Assembly: GCA_963827235.1 (NCBI GenBank)
Contig: CAWHAE010000010.1
Span: forward strand, 256,001-320,000
Origin: an uncultured bacterium
Lineage (GTDB): Bacteria > Chloroflexota > UBA5177 > JANWHV01
Direction: 5' to 3'
DNA: 64,000 nt
Below the pieces are notes generated by a model, which made no database searches, was not told the origin of the DNA, and saw only the letters and a list, made by a program, of their open reading frames with translations. Within the stretch, counting starts at the first letter, position 1, and the number at the start of each line of letters is the position of its first letter. The position numbers were made by a program, and so were the translations under genes. This document shows positions 53,772 through 63,966 of the stretch, piece after piece.

Positions 53772-54664
53772 CGGCCGTCGTCAAAGCCGAGTCGTTGACC
53801 AAGCGCTTCGGTGCGGTCCCCGCGGTCACGGACCTGTCATGTGCGTTGGAGGCTGGGACGATCACGGGCTTTCTCGGACCGAATGGCGCTGGCAAGACAA
53901 CGACGCTTCGGATGATCCTGGGTCTGGCGGCGCCGACGAGTGGACGAGCACTGGTGTTCGATCATCCGTACGCGGCGTTGCCGCGTGCGGCGTTGCGGAT
54001 TGGTGCCGTGCTCGAGGCGACCGATTTCCATCCCGGCCGTTCGGGCCGCGATCACCTGCGGATGCTCGGGCAGGCCGTTGCTGTGCCTGACTCACGTGCG
54101 GACGAGGTGTTGCGCTTGGTGGAGCTGGGTGGCGCCGCCCGGCGGCGTGTGAAGGGATATTCGCTTGGGATGCGTCAGCGACTTGGGCTCGCGGCGGCGC
54201 TGCTTGGCGACCCGGAGCTGCTGATTCTCGACGAGCCGGCCAACGGGCTTGACCCGGAGGGCGTTCGCTGGCTGCGTGACTTCCTGCGCAGGCTGGCCGC
54301 AGCGGGTCGCACGGTGCTCATCTCCAGTCATGTGCTCTCCGAGGTCGCGCAGACGGTTGACCGGGTGCTCATCATCAGTCGCGGGCGGCTCGTGCTCTCG
54401 TCCGCACTGGCAGAGCTGACCGCCCGTGCCGGCGGCGCGGTTCGCGTCCGCTGTGGCGATCCGCAGCGGCTCACTACGGCGCCGCGTGATCAGGCGTTGC
54501 AGGTGACGACGGGTACCGACCACGCGCTGCTCGTCCAGGGAGCATCCAGCGAGCGGATCGGTGAGATCGCCTTCGCCGCCGGCGTCCCGGTTCACGAGCT
54601 GGTCAACGATGGCGGCGTGCTGGAGGACATCTTCCTCGAACTGACCGCGAAGGCACCGGCATGA
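53768..54664 (+). CDS. ABC-2 type transporter ATP-binding protein
   Basis: GPNGAGKTT, YSLGMRQRL, ILDEPANGLD, SSH. Confidence 0.95.
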   Translation: MTAVVKAESLTKRFGAVPAVTDLSCALEAGTITGFLGPNGAGKTTTLRMILGLAAPTSGRALVFDHPYAALPRAALRIGAVLEATDFHPGRSGRDHLRMLGQAVAVPDSRADEVLRLVELGGAARRRVKGYSLGMRQRLGLAAALLGDPELLILDEPANGLDPEGVRWLRDFLRRLAAAGRTVLISSHVLSEVAQTVDRVLIISRGRLVLSSALAELTARAGGAVRVRCGDPQRLTTAPRDQALQVTTGTDHALLVQGASSERIGEIAFAAGVPVHELVNDGGVLEDIFLELTAKAPA

Positions 54665-55071
54665 TCGCGCAGATCCGGGCAGAGCTCCTGAAGATTCGCT
54701 CGACCCGGACCACGCTCGGACTGGTCCTCGGGATGATCGCGCTGATCCTGCTCATTACGCTGCTCACCGGGCTGCTCACCCTCCCAAGCGGGCTTGCCGG
54801 CAAACAGGACCAGCGTCAGCTGCTGAGCCTGAGCAGTCTCGCAGGCGTGTTCTCTGCACTTGCAGGGGTGTTGCTTGTGACCGGCGAGTACCGCTTCGGC
54901 ACGATCCGCCCGACGTTCCTGTTCAACCCCGCGCGCTCACACGTCCTGGCCGCCAAGGTCATCGCCGGCGCACTGGCCGGCATCGCATTCGGCGTCCTCG
55001 GCGAGGCAATCGCCTGGGCGATTCCGCTATGCGATCCCCGCCGGGCGTGGCATCACTCAGCTCAGGCATGA
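54661..55071 (+). pseudogene. ABC-2 permease, truncated
   Basis: IRAELLKIRSTRT...GEYRFGTIRPT; only about half the usual length and it collides with the convergent gene. Confidence 0.7.
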
Positions 55072-56240
55072 GCACCGGCGGTCACCGTGCCCACGGTCAA
55101 GCTGGGCTGGGCACCGAGCATGGCCCCGATGCGCTCCACCTGGTCGCGCAGTGCCCGGTCTTGCGCGGCACTCAGGGCATCGAATGGCTCCACGGTGATC
55201 GCCGCGCGGCGGCCCGTGCGGCGCACGTGCCACACGCCAGCGACCATGCCGTCGATGAGCAACACCGGATAGTTCCCGGCTTGGCCGCTTGGGGTCAGCG
55301 CGCGCGTGCTGGCGCGACCGGGAAACAGCAACGCCCGCGGCTGGCAGCCGACGACATAGGCATCGAAGTAGGGGAGCAGCCGGACACTTGCCGGCGGAGC
55401 AGGAGAAGCCTCGCCGTCGTCGGCGCTGACCCAGGCCCTGGTGCCGGCGACGTGGAGGGGCCGGAGTTGCTGACCGAGGGACGCGAAAAGACGGCGCGCC
55501 CAGGCGTGGGGTGCGCGCAGCCACTGGGCGAAGTGCTCCGGCGTGGCCGGCCCGTAGGCATAGAGGTAGCGGTGCACTAGTGCGACAAGGGCCGCCTCGC
55601 CTTCCAGCGGGCGGAAGGTGGGGAGCCAGCGGTGGGGACTGGTGTAGGTGACCGTCTTGCCTCGGTTCGGGCCGAAGCAGAGCATCCCGCGATGCGCCGC
55701 CGTGGCCAGCGCTTGCCGCCACCGCGGCCACAGCGTGCCGAACGCGGGCATGACGCGCTCGCCCGCCCAGCCGCCAGCGCGCGCAATAACCGCCGCGTCC
55801 AGTTCCTCCAACGTCAGCTCCTGGTCCTCCAGCGCCCGTCCGATCGCATCGACCACGGAGTCAGTTTGCAGCGGCGTCAGACGCACAGCCGGAGCGTGGC
55901 CGAGCGGGGCGAGCGGCATGGCGGAGAGCGCCCCGATCCACGCGGGCAGGTCGGCCGTCGCGAGCAGGTGGACGGTGCCGCGCGGCCCGAAGGTCTTGAT
56001 CAGGCTACGCTCGCGCCACAAGGCGTCCTGCACCGCCGTGCGCGACAGCGCGGTGGCGCGTAGCCCAATGGCCAGCTCTGCCGCGGAAAGCACCTGCGCG
56101 TGCACAGCGCACAGCGTAGTCACAATGGCTGCGGGTTGGGCGGTGTGGCGTGGCTCGAGCAGCGCATGCCGCGCCAGGCGCCTCGCGCAGACGTTGCGCC
56201 AGGACCAGCTCGGAAAGTCGATGTTCTGGCCATCCGCCAT
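55062..56240 (-). CDS. HTH_42 / AlkZ-like DNA glycosylase family protein
   Basis: AVHAQV, PRGTVHL, RYLYAYGPAT, VRLLPYFDAY, LIDGMVAGVW; GAGGAGG RBS. Confidence 0.9.
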   Translation of the reverse strand: MADGQNIDFPSWSWRNVCARRLARHALLEPRHTAQPAAIVTTLCAVHAQVLSAAELAIGLRATALSRTAVQDALWRERSLIKTFGPRGTVHLLATADLPAWIGALSAMPLAPLGHAPAVRLTPLQTDSVVDAIGRALEDQELTLEELDAAVIARAGGWAGERVMPAFGTLWPRWRQALATAAHRGMLCFGPNRGKTVTYTSPHRWLPTFRPLEGEAALVALVHRYLYAYGPATPEHFAQWLRAPHAWARRLFASLGQQLRPLHVAGTRAWVSADDGEASPAPPASVRLLPYFDAYVVGCQPRALLFPGRASTRALTPSGQAGNYPVLLIDGMVAGVWHVRRTGRRAAITVEPFDALSAAQDRALRDQVERIGAMLGAQPSLTVGTVTAGAHA

Positions 56241-56256
56241 GAGCAGCGCCTCCTCC

Positions 56257-57426
56257 TCACCGTCCAGGAAGCGCCACGCTCGAGCTGGGCGGCTCCGGCC
56301 GCCACCATGGCACGTCCACCGTTCCCACGGCGTCCACGTCATCAGGAGCCGCGGGCGGCATGGCCTGCGCGGTCCCGGCCAATGGCGTGTGCGGTGGGCG
56401 GCGCGGGATGCGCTGGTCCGATGGAGGGATGCCACCGCCGGGGGTCCAGTCGCCTGGGCGCCGCACCTCCCACTGTTGGTCCGGCCTGTCGCTGCCCAGC
56501 GCGATCACCATCACCAGGAGGTCATCGCCCAAGCTGCCGTCACTCACGACGCCCAGACAGGAGACCTTGCCTTCTCCGGCCTCCGCGACCATCAACGTCG
56601 CCACTTGGGCGGCTTCGAGCGGCGAAAGCTGGTCCGCTGCCACTGCATAGAACAGCCGGATCGCGTTGCTCGGCGCAGTCCGCAGGAGCGGGCTTGTCAG
56701 CGCCTGCAGGGCGGCGTATGTCGCGCGGTCCAGACCTGACGCCCGGCCGATGCCGATAGAGCTGCGACCTCCGGCGGGGAGCAGGCCATTCAGGTCCGCA
56801 ATGGAAATCCCAGCTATGCTCGGCTCCACGAAAGTGCGCGCAAGGATGCGCACGACAAGCTGCACGAACTCGTCGGCGAACGCGAACGCCATGTCCATCG
56901 AGAATTTCCTGTCTGACACGTGCAGCAACAGGTCGCACGGGACGACAATCAGCAAGTCGACCGCGGATGTTAGTGTGTCGATCGCTTCGGCGGCCGTGTC
57001 GCGGCGGCGACCTTCAAACGTGAACGGCGCGGTGACGACGCCAATGGTCAGAACACCTTCTTGACGAGCAATCCCGCCAAGCACGGGTGCGCAGCCGCTT
57101 CCCGTCTCGCCGCCCATGCCGGCCACGATGAAGAGCACGTCGTTTCTCTCGACGGCCAGCCGGAGCGTCTCACTTGCCTCCTGGGCGGCCCTTCGACCTG
57201 GGCTTGCCGCGACGCCGGCGTTCGGTCCGCTCAGGGTTGGCGCGACGAGGTGAATCTTCTTGGGCGCTCTCGACCGCGCCAGAGCGTCCGCATCGGTATC
57301 GATGACGGCGATCTGCGCCTCCGGAATCCCGGCAAGCATCATGGCATCAATAACCCTGCCGCCGGCGCCGCCCACGCCGACAATCCTGATCCTGGCGTCG
57401 TGCGCTGGCGAGTCCTGCTGAGCCAT
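56257..57426 (-). CDS. ftsZ: Divergent FtsZ paralog
   Basis: IRIVGVGGAGG, IDTD, FIVAGMGGETGSGCAPV, LTIGVVTAPFTFEGRRR, VDLLIVVP, A..ALTSPLL, VMVIALG; not in a dcw cluster. Confidence 0.85.
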   Translation of the reverse strand: MAQQDSPAHDARIRIVGVGGAGGRVIDAMMLAGIPEAQIAVIDTDADALARSRAPKKIHLVAPTLSGPNAGVAASPGRRAAQEASETLRLAVERNDVLFIVAGMGGETGSGCAPVLGGIARQEGVLTIGVVTAPFTFEGRRRDTAAEAIDTLTSAVDLLIVVPCDLLLHVSDRKFSMDMAFAFADEFVQLVVRILARTFVEPSIAGISIADLNGLLPAGGRSSIGIGRASGLDRATYAALQALTSPLLRTAPSNAIRLFYAVAADQLSPLEAAQVATLMVAEAGEGKVSCLGVVSDGSLGDDLLVMVIALGSDRPDQQWEVRRPGDWTPGGGIPPSDQRIPRRPPHTPLAGTAQAMPPAAPDDVDAVGTVDVPWWRPEPPSSSVALPGR

Positions 57427-58041
57427 GCCATACACCTTACGCGCTGTCTGGTAATCCAGCTCATTGTCGCACAATGCTGCGAAGCGACGCGCCGGCACCA
57501 TGTGGCGGCCCGCCGAACCCTCCGGTACGGTTGAGCGGGGACATACCGAATCTGATTGAGTGGACGTTGCTCTCTAATACCGAGTTTGATCGATTTAGCG
57601 GACTTACCGACGTAGAACTCATCTTTCGCGAGGCACGTTCAAACTGCTCTTGGCGGCGGCATCGGCGTGCTGACGGCGCTGGGGCATGATGACCTCCCTG
57701 ATGCGTCACGTTACGGTTGCGGGTGAGGGGCGTCGACGTGTGTGCCGCGTACCGCCGGACAGCGTGTCCTGCTGGTGGGCCATACACGGTCACGATGCCG
57801 GCCGGGCGCGCAACGCCCCGACGAGCCGCGGACCGGTGAGCCGATCGTCCTGGAGCCAGGAGTCATCGAACTCGAGGATCACCTGGGCCCGCCAGCGCTG
57901 GATGGCACGCTCTCCCTCGAACCGGTCATACCCCACCAGTTGCACGAGCAGAAGCCACGCAACCTGCCGGTCGTGTAGCGGCGGCGGTAGGGTCGTTGCA
58001 GTATCATGTGCGCAACACACGTTGCTGTTAAGGTGGCAGGG

Positions 58042-59172
58042 ATGGCGACAATCAAGGATGTGGCGCGACTGGCCGGCGTTACCCACACCACGGTCTCGCA
58101 TGCGCTGAGCGGGAATCGGCCGGTGGCACCCAAGACGCGGGAAGCCATACTGGACGCGGTGCGCGAGCTCAACTACCACCCGAACGCCAATGCCCTCAGC
58201 CTGACCGCGCGATTCACGAAGCGCATCTGCCTGGCCGTGCCGCTGGATGCGCCGAATCGAAGCCTTTCAAAGGGACCGTCCTTCGACTTCATCGCGAGCG
58301 TCGGCGATCGGCTCTCCCACCATGGCTATGCACTGGTGTGCGAGATCTCCCATGGACTGGACGCGGCCAGCGTGGTCGATCTGGTGCGCCGGCGCCACGT
58401 CGACGGTGTGTTGCTGCTGGGCACACAGTTGGTTGACCCTCGCGTGGAGGCTCTGCGCAAAGCAGGCGCCCCGTTCGTGACTCTTGGCCGCACAAAGCGG
58501 CCATCGCACTACGTGCGCGTCGACGCAGACGCGGCCGGCGCGGCGGAAACCGCGGTGGAGCACCTGTTCAGCCTCGGGCATCAACACATCGGCCTGGTAT
58601 TGCCGGTGCTGAACGGGGCGCCGGTACTGGGCAGCCACTTTCACGCGCTTGCGGGCTTCAAGCGAGCCTATGCCGGCTTGGGCCTGCCGGTACACAAGCG
58701 GCAGATTGTGACCTACAACCTGATGGAGGGCGTGCGCGAGAGCCTGCGGCCGCTCTTCGAGCGTCGCAGCGAGCTGACGGCGCTCATCGCGGCGGGCAAC
58801 GACCTCGAAGCAGTCTCCGTCCTGCGTGCGCTGATCGAGCACGGCCGGCGCGTGCCCGAGGACATCTCGCTCATGGGACTCGTGGATTCGCCCCTCACTC
58901 AAATGTCGCAACCCTCGATTTCGGTGACGGATCTTCCTGTGAGCGAGATGTGCAAGCTCGCGGTGGACTTGCTGGTGGACCTGGTTCAAGGGCGCAAGCC
59001 GCGCCAGATGGAGTACCTCTTGCCCGTGACCCTCATCGAGCGCCCCAGCACGGCACGGATTGGCGCGTCGCTGTATCACGAGCCGAGGCCGCTCGGCAAT
59101 CGTCCTCGAGCCACTGCACCGCCGTTCCGCCAAAATGCATGCTCAGATCGTCGATCAGGCCGTTCGCATTGA
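58042..59172 (+). CDS. LacI-family transcriptional regulator
   Basis: MATIKDVARLAGVTHTTVSHALSG, YHPNANA, VPEDISL, LIERPST. Confidence 0.95.
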   Translation: MATIKDVARLAGVTHTTVSHALSGNRPVAPKTREAILDAVRELNYHPNANALSLTARFTKRICLAVPLDAPNRSLSKGPSFDFIASVGDRLSHHGYALVCEISHGLDAASVVDLVRRRHVDGVLLLGTQLVDPRVEALRKAGAPFVTLGRTKRPSHYVRVDADAAGAAETAVEHLFSLGHQHIGLVLPVLNGAPVLGSHFHALAGFKRAYAGLGLPVHKRQIVTYNLMEGVRESLRPLFERRSELTALIAAGNDLEAVSVLRALIEHGRRVPEDISLMGLVDSPLTQMSQPSISVTDLPVSEMCKLAVDLLVDLVQGRKPRQMEYLLPVTLIERPSTARIGASLYHEPRPLGNRPRATAPPFRQNACSDRRSGRSH

Positions 59173-59413
59173 AGAGCAGCTGGAAGGCCACGCCCTGGAC
59201 GACCAAGAAGATCACGCAGGGGAGATAGCAGATAGCGCGGAAGAGCCGCACGCCGCCGTGCGGCTGGTTGAGAAAGACGGCCAACGCGAGGCTTCCGGCC
59301 ACGCCCGCCCCGACGGGTATCCCGGTGAACAGCACTGCCTGCTTGATCACCGTGCCCAGGTAGGGATCCTGCGGCGCGTCGGTGTAGTCGCTCCAGCCCT
59401 CCCTCCAGCGCAT
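59090..59413 (-). pseudogene. Carbohydrate ABC permease relic
   Basis: DPYL...SLALAVFLNQ...LFRAICYLPCVI...NGLID...VQWL; no EAA loop or C-terminus. Confidence 0.65.
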
Positions 59414-59619
59414 GTGCGTGCCTGGAGAGCCGTATAGTTGGTAAAGCTCAAGATGGGGTTGAGTGTGGTGTCAAACCCTCGCTCGCCGGGCACCTCGGGC
59501 AGGCGACCGAACCGGATCGGGATGATTGGACAAGAACGGCGAAGTTGCCAAACAAGCGCGACCGTTGAGGCGTTGACGCCGAGCCACTATGTCGGTGCGG
59601 CGAGCGCGCGCATGTCCCT

Positions 59620-59720
59620 CAGGTTGCTGAAGGCAAGGAGCCAGAGCGGTACGAACGCGATGCCGCGCCGTTCGCACTCGACCAGCATCTCGATGTCAAG
59701 TTGCTGGTTGGTTAGGTTCA
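59620..59720 (-). pseudogene. Aldo/keto reductase-like fragment
   Basis: LNLTNQQLDIEMLVECERRGIAFVPLW. Confidence 0.4.
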
Positions 59721-59780
59721 GCGGCAGACCGAGAGGGCGTAGGTGATACGTACACGCGCTGCTGTCCTCGAGGTTCCGCC

Positions 59781-59880
59781 TTGCCTACCCCTCGCAAACC
59801 CACCGAGCCGGCCGCCAGGGCGATTGACGCCGTCTGCGTCCAGTTTGACCATCTCTTCAATCGGCTTCATCAATCGATCG
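59781..59880 (+). mobile_element. IS701-like transposase N-terminal relic
   Basis: GAGG RBS, then MPTPRKPTEPAARAIDAVCVQFDHLFNR. Confidence 0.4.
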
Positions 59881-59944
59881 GATCCCTGGGCGCTTCGCAA
59901 GTGGTGGCGAGACCCGCGCTCCGGTCTGCATCGCTAACTGTGTC

Positions 59945-61270
59945 CTACACCTCAAGGTGCTTGAATTGCGGCAGATAGCCGCGATTCTGGGCAAACATCT
60001 CGTTGACCATTGTCCGGATTTCGGCGAGTGACAACACGGCCGCGGTCAGTGGATCGTAGGCGACGGCCTGGAACACAAGCCGCGGATTGCCGGTGAGGGC
60101 TGCCTCCACCGCCATCTCCTCGACCATGACGCTCACATGGTTGAGCGTCACCAGCTGTGCGGGCAACGCGCCAACGTGTACGGGCCGGAAGCCATTCCGA
60201 TCCACATACACGGGGACCTCGACACATGCGTCCTGCGGCAGATTGGAGATCAGCGATGTGTTCCGTACGTTTCCGTTGAAGCCGAAAACCTCGCCACCTA
60301 GCAGCGCGTTAATGATGTACGCCGCGTACTCGTAGCCGCGTTCCAAAGAGATCGGAGTCTTGCTATCGAACCACTCGCGTGCCTCATCGCGCCAAGTTGA
60401 TTCGCGATCGGAATAGTGCTTGACGATGTAGGCGTACTCCCCGGGGTTCCAGCCCGTGCCATGAGTGCAGTACTTCTCGATGAGATCGGGGCGCTTGCGG
60501 AACCACCAGTTGTATTCCGAATTGTGCCCGCTGGACTCGGTAGGATAGTAGTCGAGATGCAGGAACATCTCGTTGCGAACGATCTCTTCGTTATAGATCT
60601 CCGGGTTACGCATGGCCTCGGCGATGCGCGGATACGCATCCACGCCATTCCACGCGTAGCGCAGATAGAAGGCTTGGTGATTGATGCCGGCGCATGTGTA
60701 GGTGATCTCGTCCATCGGCGCCCCGATCCAGCGCGCGAGCATCTCCGCCGTACCCTGTACGCTGTGGCACAAACCGGTAGTCACGATCGGCGACGTCCGT
60801 TGAATAGCACGACAGAGCATGGCCATGGGATTGGTGTAGTTCAGCAGCACAGCATTGGGACAATACCGTTCCATGTCCCTGACGATGTCCTGCATTACCG
60901 GGATGGTGCGCAGCGCGCGAAAGATGCCTGACGGCCCTCGGGTATCGCCCACGTTTGTGTCGACGCCGTACTTCTTGGGGATCTCGATATCATGCCGCCA
61001 CACGTCAACACCGCCGGCCAGGATGGTGCAGAGTACGACGTCGCTGCCTTTGAGCGCCTCCGCCCGATTCGTCGTGGTCTCGACGCGAGCCGGATACTGG
61101 CCGAGCTCGACAATCCGGCGCACCGATCGGTCGGCAAACTCCAGCCGCTCGCCATCGACGTCCATCAGGACCAGCGTGGCATCCCGAAGCAACGGGAAGG
61201 TGAGAAGGTCTCGAACCAGCCCACGGGTAAACCCGTAGCTACCAGCTCCAACAAATGTGATTCTGGTCAT
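59945..61270 (-). CDS. melA: Alpha-galactosidase, glycoside hydrolase family 4
   Basis: [70 protein letters not shown]. Confidence 0.95.
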   Translation of the reverse strand: MTRITFVGAGSYGFTRGLVRDLLTFPLLRDATLVLMDVDGERLEFADRSVRRIVELGQYPARVETTTNRAEALKGSDVVLCTILAGGVDVWRHDIEIPKKYGVDTNVGDTRGPSGIFRALRTIPVMQDIVRDMERYCPNAVLLNYTNPMAMLCRAIQRTSPIVTTGLCHSVQGTAEMLARWIGAPMDEITYTCAGINHQAFYLRYAWNGVDAYPRIAEAMRNPEIYNEEIVRNEMFLHLDYYPTESSGHNSEYNWWFRKRPDLIEKYCTHGTGWNPGEYAYIVKHYSDRESTWRDEAREWFDSKTPISLERGYEYAAYIINALLGGEVFGFNGNVRNTSLISNLPQDACVEVPVYVDRNGFRPVHVGALPAQLVTLNHVSVMVEEMAVEAALTGNPRLVFQAVAYDPLTAAVLSLAEIRTMVNEMFAQNRGYLPQFKHLEV

Positions 61271-61339
61271 GGCGCTCTCTCCCATCCTCGTTTGGCGTGC
61301 GCGGTTTGCCCGATCAGACTGCATTCTGCCGGGTGGCGA

Positions 61340-62416
61340 TCAGGGCACCCAAGATTGAGTCGTGGTGGACACGGGAACCCCGCTCTTCACCGCGGCGTCG
61401 ATCGAAAGACCCAAATAGTGGTCCTGTGCCGCCTCCGGTAGGCTGTAGAAGCCGGATCCGCCGCTCACATAGCGGTCCATATGCAGCAGGCAGGTTCCGA
61501 CCGCGATCTCGTCGTCGGCAAGTCGTGCGGGCGCGAGGGGATTGTGATAGAGCCACTCCTGCCCTGCAAGAATGCCCTTGTGATAGTAGCCTTCCAGGTT
61601 CCCATCCTGGCCTGCATCCTCGCGCCGCAAGGTGAGGACGACCGGTGTGCGGTAGTCAGCGAGATAGCGGAGCTCCGCATTGTGTATCTCGCCGCGCTCA
61701 CCCCGAACGAGCAGGCGCGGCGAGCGAATCCACGAGAAGTACTGGTCGCCGGTGAAGTCGTACACGCCGAGTTTGTCGCCGAAGTCGAGATGAGCGATTA
61801 CCGTCGTCGATTGGCCGATCTTCTCGTTCGAGGGTGGCCCCTCTCGCCCAGGGCCATCGACGATTGGCGCGACGAACTGGCGGGCGGTGATGGTGGCGTT
61901 CTCGAACGATAGGCCGAGCAAGCGCCGCAGCATGCTCATGCCGTGGTAGCCGTGCGCCAGCGACACCTCAGCCAAGCGCACGGTGCCCAGCTTCCCGGAC
62001 GTCACGATCGCTACCCGCGCCGCGTTGAGCGGCTGAAACGGGTACTGCTCGGCCACCTGTATCTTGGCGTCCGCTCCCACGCGCCGGTAGAGCTCATTGA
62101 GCGCCTGCAGATCCGGCGCCGGTGGCGTCTCCGCCAATGCCGGCACACCGCGATCGTGCAGGTCGCCGAGCACGGCGGGCGTCGCCGCCCAGGGGACGCT
62201 GGCCACGACGAAGCCAAGGTCCGCTACGCCGAGCAGCGCGTCGAGTGAGCCATAGGTCGCCACCTCAAAGCGATCGCTCAGTACCCGCTGCTTGGCCGGA
62301 TCGCGAACCACCACGCCGGCAACGCGAAAAATGTCCGGCAATTCTCGTGCCACCCGCAGATAGAAAGCAGCCCGCCAGCCTCCGCCGACAATGCCAAAGG
62401 ATATGGGTTTCATCAC
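61340..62416 (-). CDS. Gfo/Idh/MocA-family oxidoreductase
   Basis: FGIVGGGWRA, LAETPPA, QVAEQYPFQP, HGYHG. Confidence 0.9.
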   Translation of the reverse strand: MMKPISFGIVGGGWRAAFYLRVARELPDIFRVAGVVVRDPAKQRVLSDRFEVATYGSLDALLGVADLGFVVASVPWAATPAVLGDLHDRGVPALAETPPAPDLQALNELYRRVGADAKIQVAEQYPFQPLNAARVAIVTSGKLGTVRLAEVSLAHGYHGMSMLRRLLGLSFENATITARQFVAPIVDGPGREGPPSNEKIGQSTTVIAHLDFGDKLGVYDFTGDQYFSWIRSPRLLVRGERGEIHNAELRYLADYRTPVVLTLRREDAGQDGNLEGYYHKGILAGQEWLYHNPLAPARLADDEIAVGTCLLHMDRYVSGGSGFYSLPEAAQDHYLGLSIDAAVKSGVPVSTTTQSWVP

Positions 62417-62442
62417 ATGATCCTCTTCATAACATTCGTGCC

Positions 62443-63513
62443 CTACGGCGTGCGTCCGTCGCGGCCGCCGCCGAATCCCCCATACGGGATCCCCGGATCC
62501 CAGGCGCTGGGTGCCGGCGGGACAAACCGATCAAGCGGGAACAGCACCTGGCAATGATGACGGCTCGAGATATAGGCTGCTTCGCACATCTCGAGCGCGA
62601 GAAGTGAGCCATCCGGGATGGCATAGTCGAGCTCGCCCGTCGCGATCATGTCGGCGAGCCGCTCGAGGTGCCGCTGATGGCCTGTCACGGGGAGCTCATC
62701 GGGAGTGATTAGCGTGCCGGAGGGGTGTTCGGCGTTGAGCAGGATGTAGCCGTTCTCCCAGCCCCAGAATTCAATCTGTCCCCGTGTCCCGATCAATCGG
62801 AAAAGCGTGCCCTTCCCGGTCTGATTGACCGCGATCTTGTCGCCGGTCTGCATCACCACCCGCACGCCGCTGCGGGTCTGTCCATAAGTCACGGCAACAG
62901 TCTCCACCTGCATGCCGTCGCGGTACGTACGCGTGCTGGTGTCGCACGCGGCGAGCACGGAATTCACGGGCTCGTTGCCGGTAAGGGCGACAAAGAAGTC
63001 GAGCCAGTGAATGCCGGCGTTGATGATGTCCCAACCAGAGCACTGGATCTCAACGAGCTTCAGCTCGCCAATCGCATCGTTCTGCACGAGGCCGATGATC
63101 TCGAGCGGTGTCTTCTTGGCCAGCAGGTTGTGCGGCACGGCCATGGGAAGTGATCCGGCCTTGATCGCGCTCAGAATGCGCCGCCCGGATTCGACGGTGT
63201 GGCCAAGCGGCTTCTCAACCAGGATGCCTTTGAGAGGCAGCGCAAGCGCATCCAGAGTGATCGCCTCGTGGCTCGGCGGGTACGTGCTCACACACACGAC
63301 GTCAGTCGGACAGGCGGCGAACATGTCGCGATGATCCGTGAATGTGCGAATGCCCGGGTACTCAGTCTGCAGGGCCGCGAGCGCTTCTGGTCGAAGGTCG
63401 GCAGCGGCCACGAGGCGAAAGCGGCTAGAGCGCGCGAGCCCTTGCATGCTGAGGTGCCCGCCGACGCCTGCACCGACCACGCTCGCGCTCAAGGGTTCCG
63501 GAAAGTCTGGCAC
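62443..63513 (-). CDS. Gfo/Idh/MocA-family oxidoreductase
   Basis: VVGAGVGG, DVVCVSTYPPSH, ILVEKPL, AGIHWLD; AGGAGG RBS. Confidence 0.92.
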   Translation of the reverse strand: MPDFPEPLSASVVGAGVGGHLSMQGLARSSRFRLVAAADLRPEALAALQTEYPGIRTFTDHRDMFAACPTDVVCVSTYPPSHEAITLDALALPLKGILVEKPLGHTVESGRRILSAIKAGSLPMAVPHNLLAKKTPLEIIGLVQNDAIGELKLVEIQCSGWDIINAGIHWLDFFVALTGNEPVNSVLAACDTSTRTYRDGMQVETVAVTYGQTRSGVRVVMQTGDKIAVNQTGKGTLFRLIGTRGQIEFWGWENGYILLNAEHPSGTLITPDELPVTGHQRHLERLADMIATGELDYAIPDGSLLALEMCEAAYISSRHHCQVLFPLDRFVPPAPSAWDPGIPYGGFGGGRDGRTP

Positions 63514-63937
63514 GACTACTCCTCCTGCCGCTACATCTTCTGCGCGGAGGCTCCGGCGTGCGCTCTGCGCTCAATCGCCACTCCGCGTCCGGCCTTGGCT
63601 TCTGCTTGGCCCGGTTCCGCCAGGCCTCACCTGCCGGCCCCTGTGGACACGTGTCCACCAGGTTAGCAAAGCAGGGCGCCTTTGTCAATCGGCAAACCTT
63701 TCGATCTCGAGCGGGCCGCGAGCCAACCCCGGGGCGTTCACGCTCGACGCCTAGACTCGCCCTGAGGTGCGATGTGTACCGCGCCCCGGGCAGTCGGCCC
63801 TGCCGGCGGCAACCGCGAAAGTTCCGGGTCGCCATGCCCCGCAACGAGCAGGCCAACCGAGAGCGGAAACCGAATTGACGCGTATTTACCACTATTTAGC
63901 GCGGTAAAGAGCGATTGCTGCGCGGTCTTCGGATGCC

Positions 63938-63966
63938 TTGACAAGCGTTGGCGACTCGCATATAAT
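63938..63966 (+). promoter_or_regulatory. Consensus sigma70 promoter pointing out of the window
   Basis: TTGACA-17 nt-TATAAT exact match. Confidence 0.85.

Noticed and set aside
63660-63760. Possible c-di-GMP-I riboswitch (GGCAAACC...)
   Set aside because: It lacks the GNRA-capped P2 and the GACGCAAAGC-type continuation, and it is on the wrong strand for the adjacent operon.
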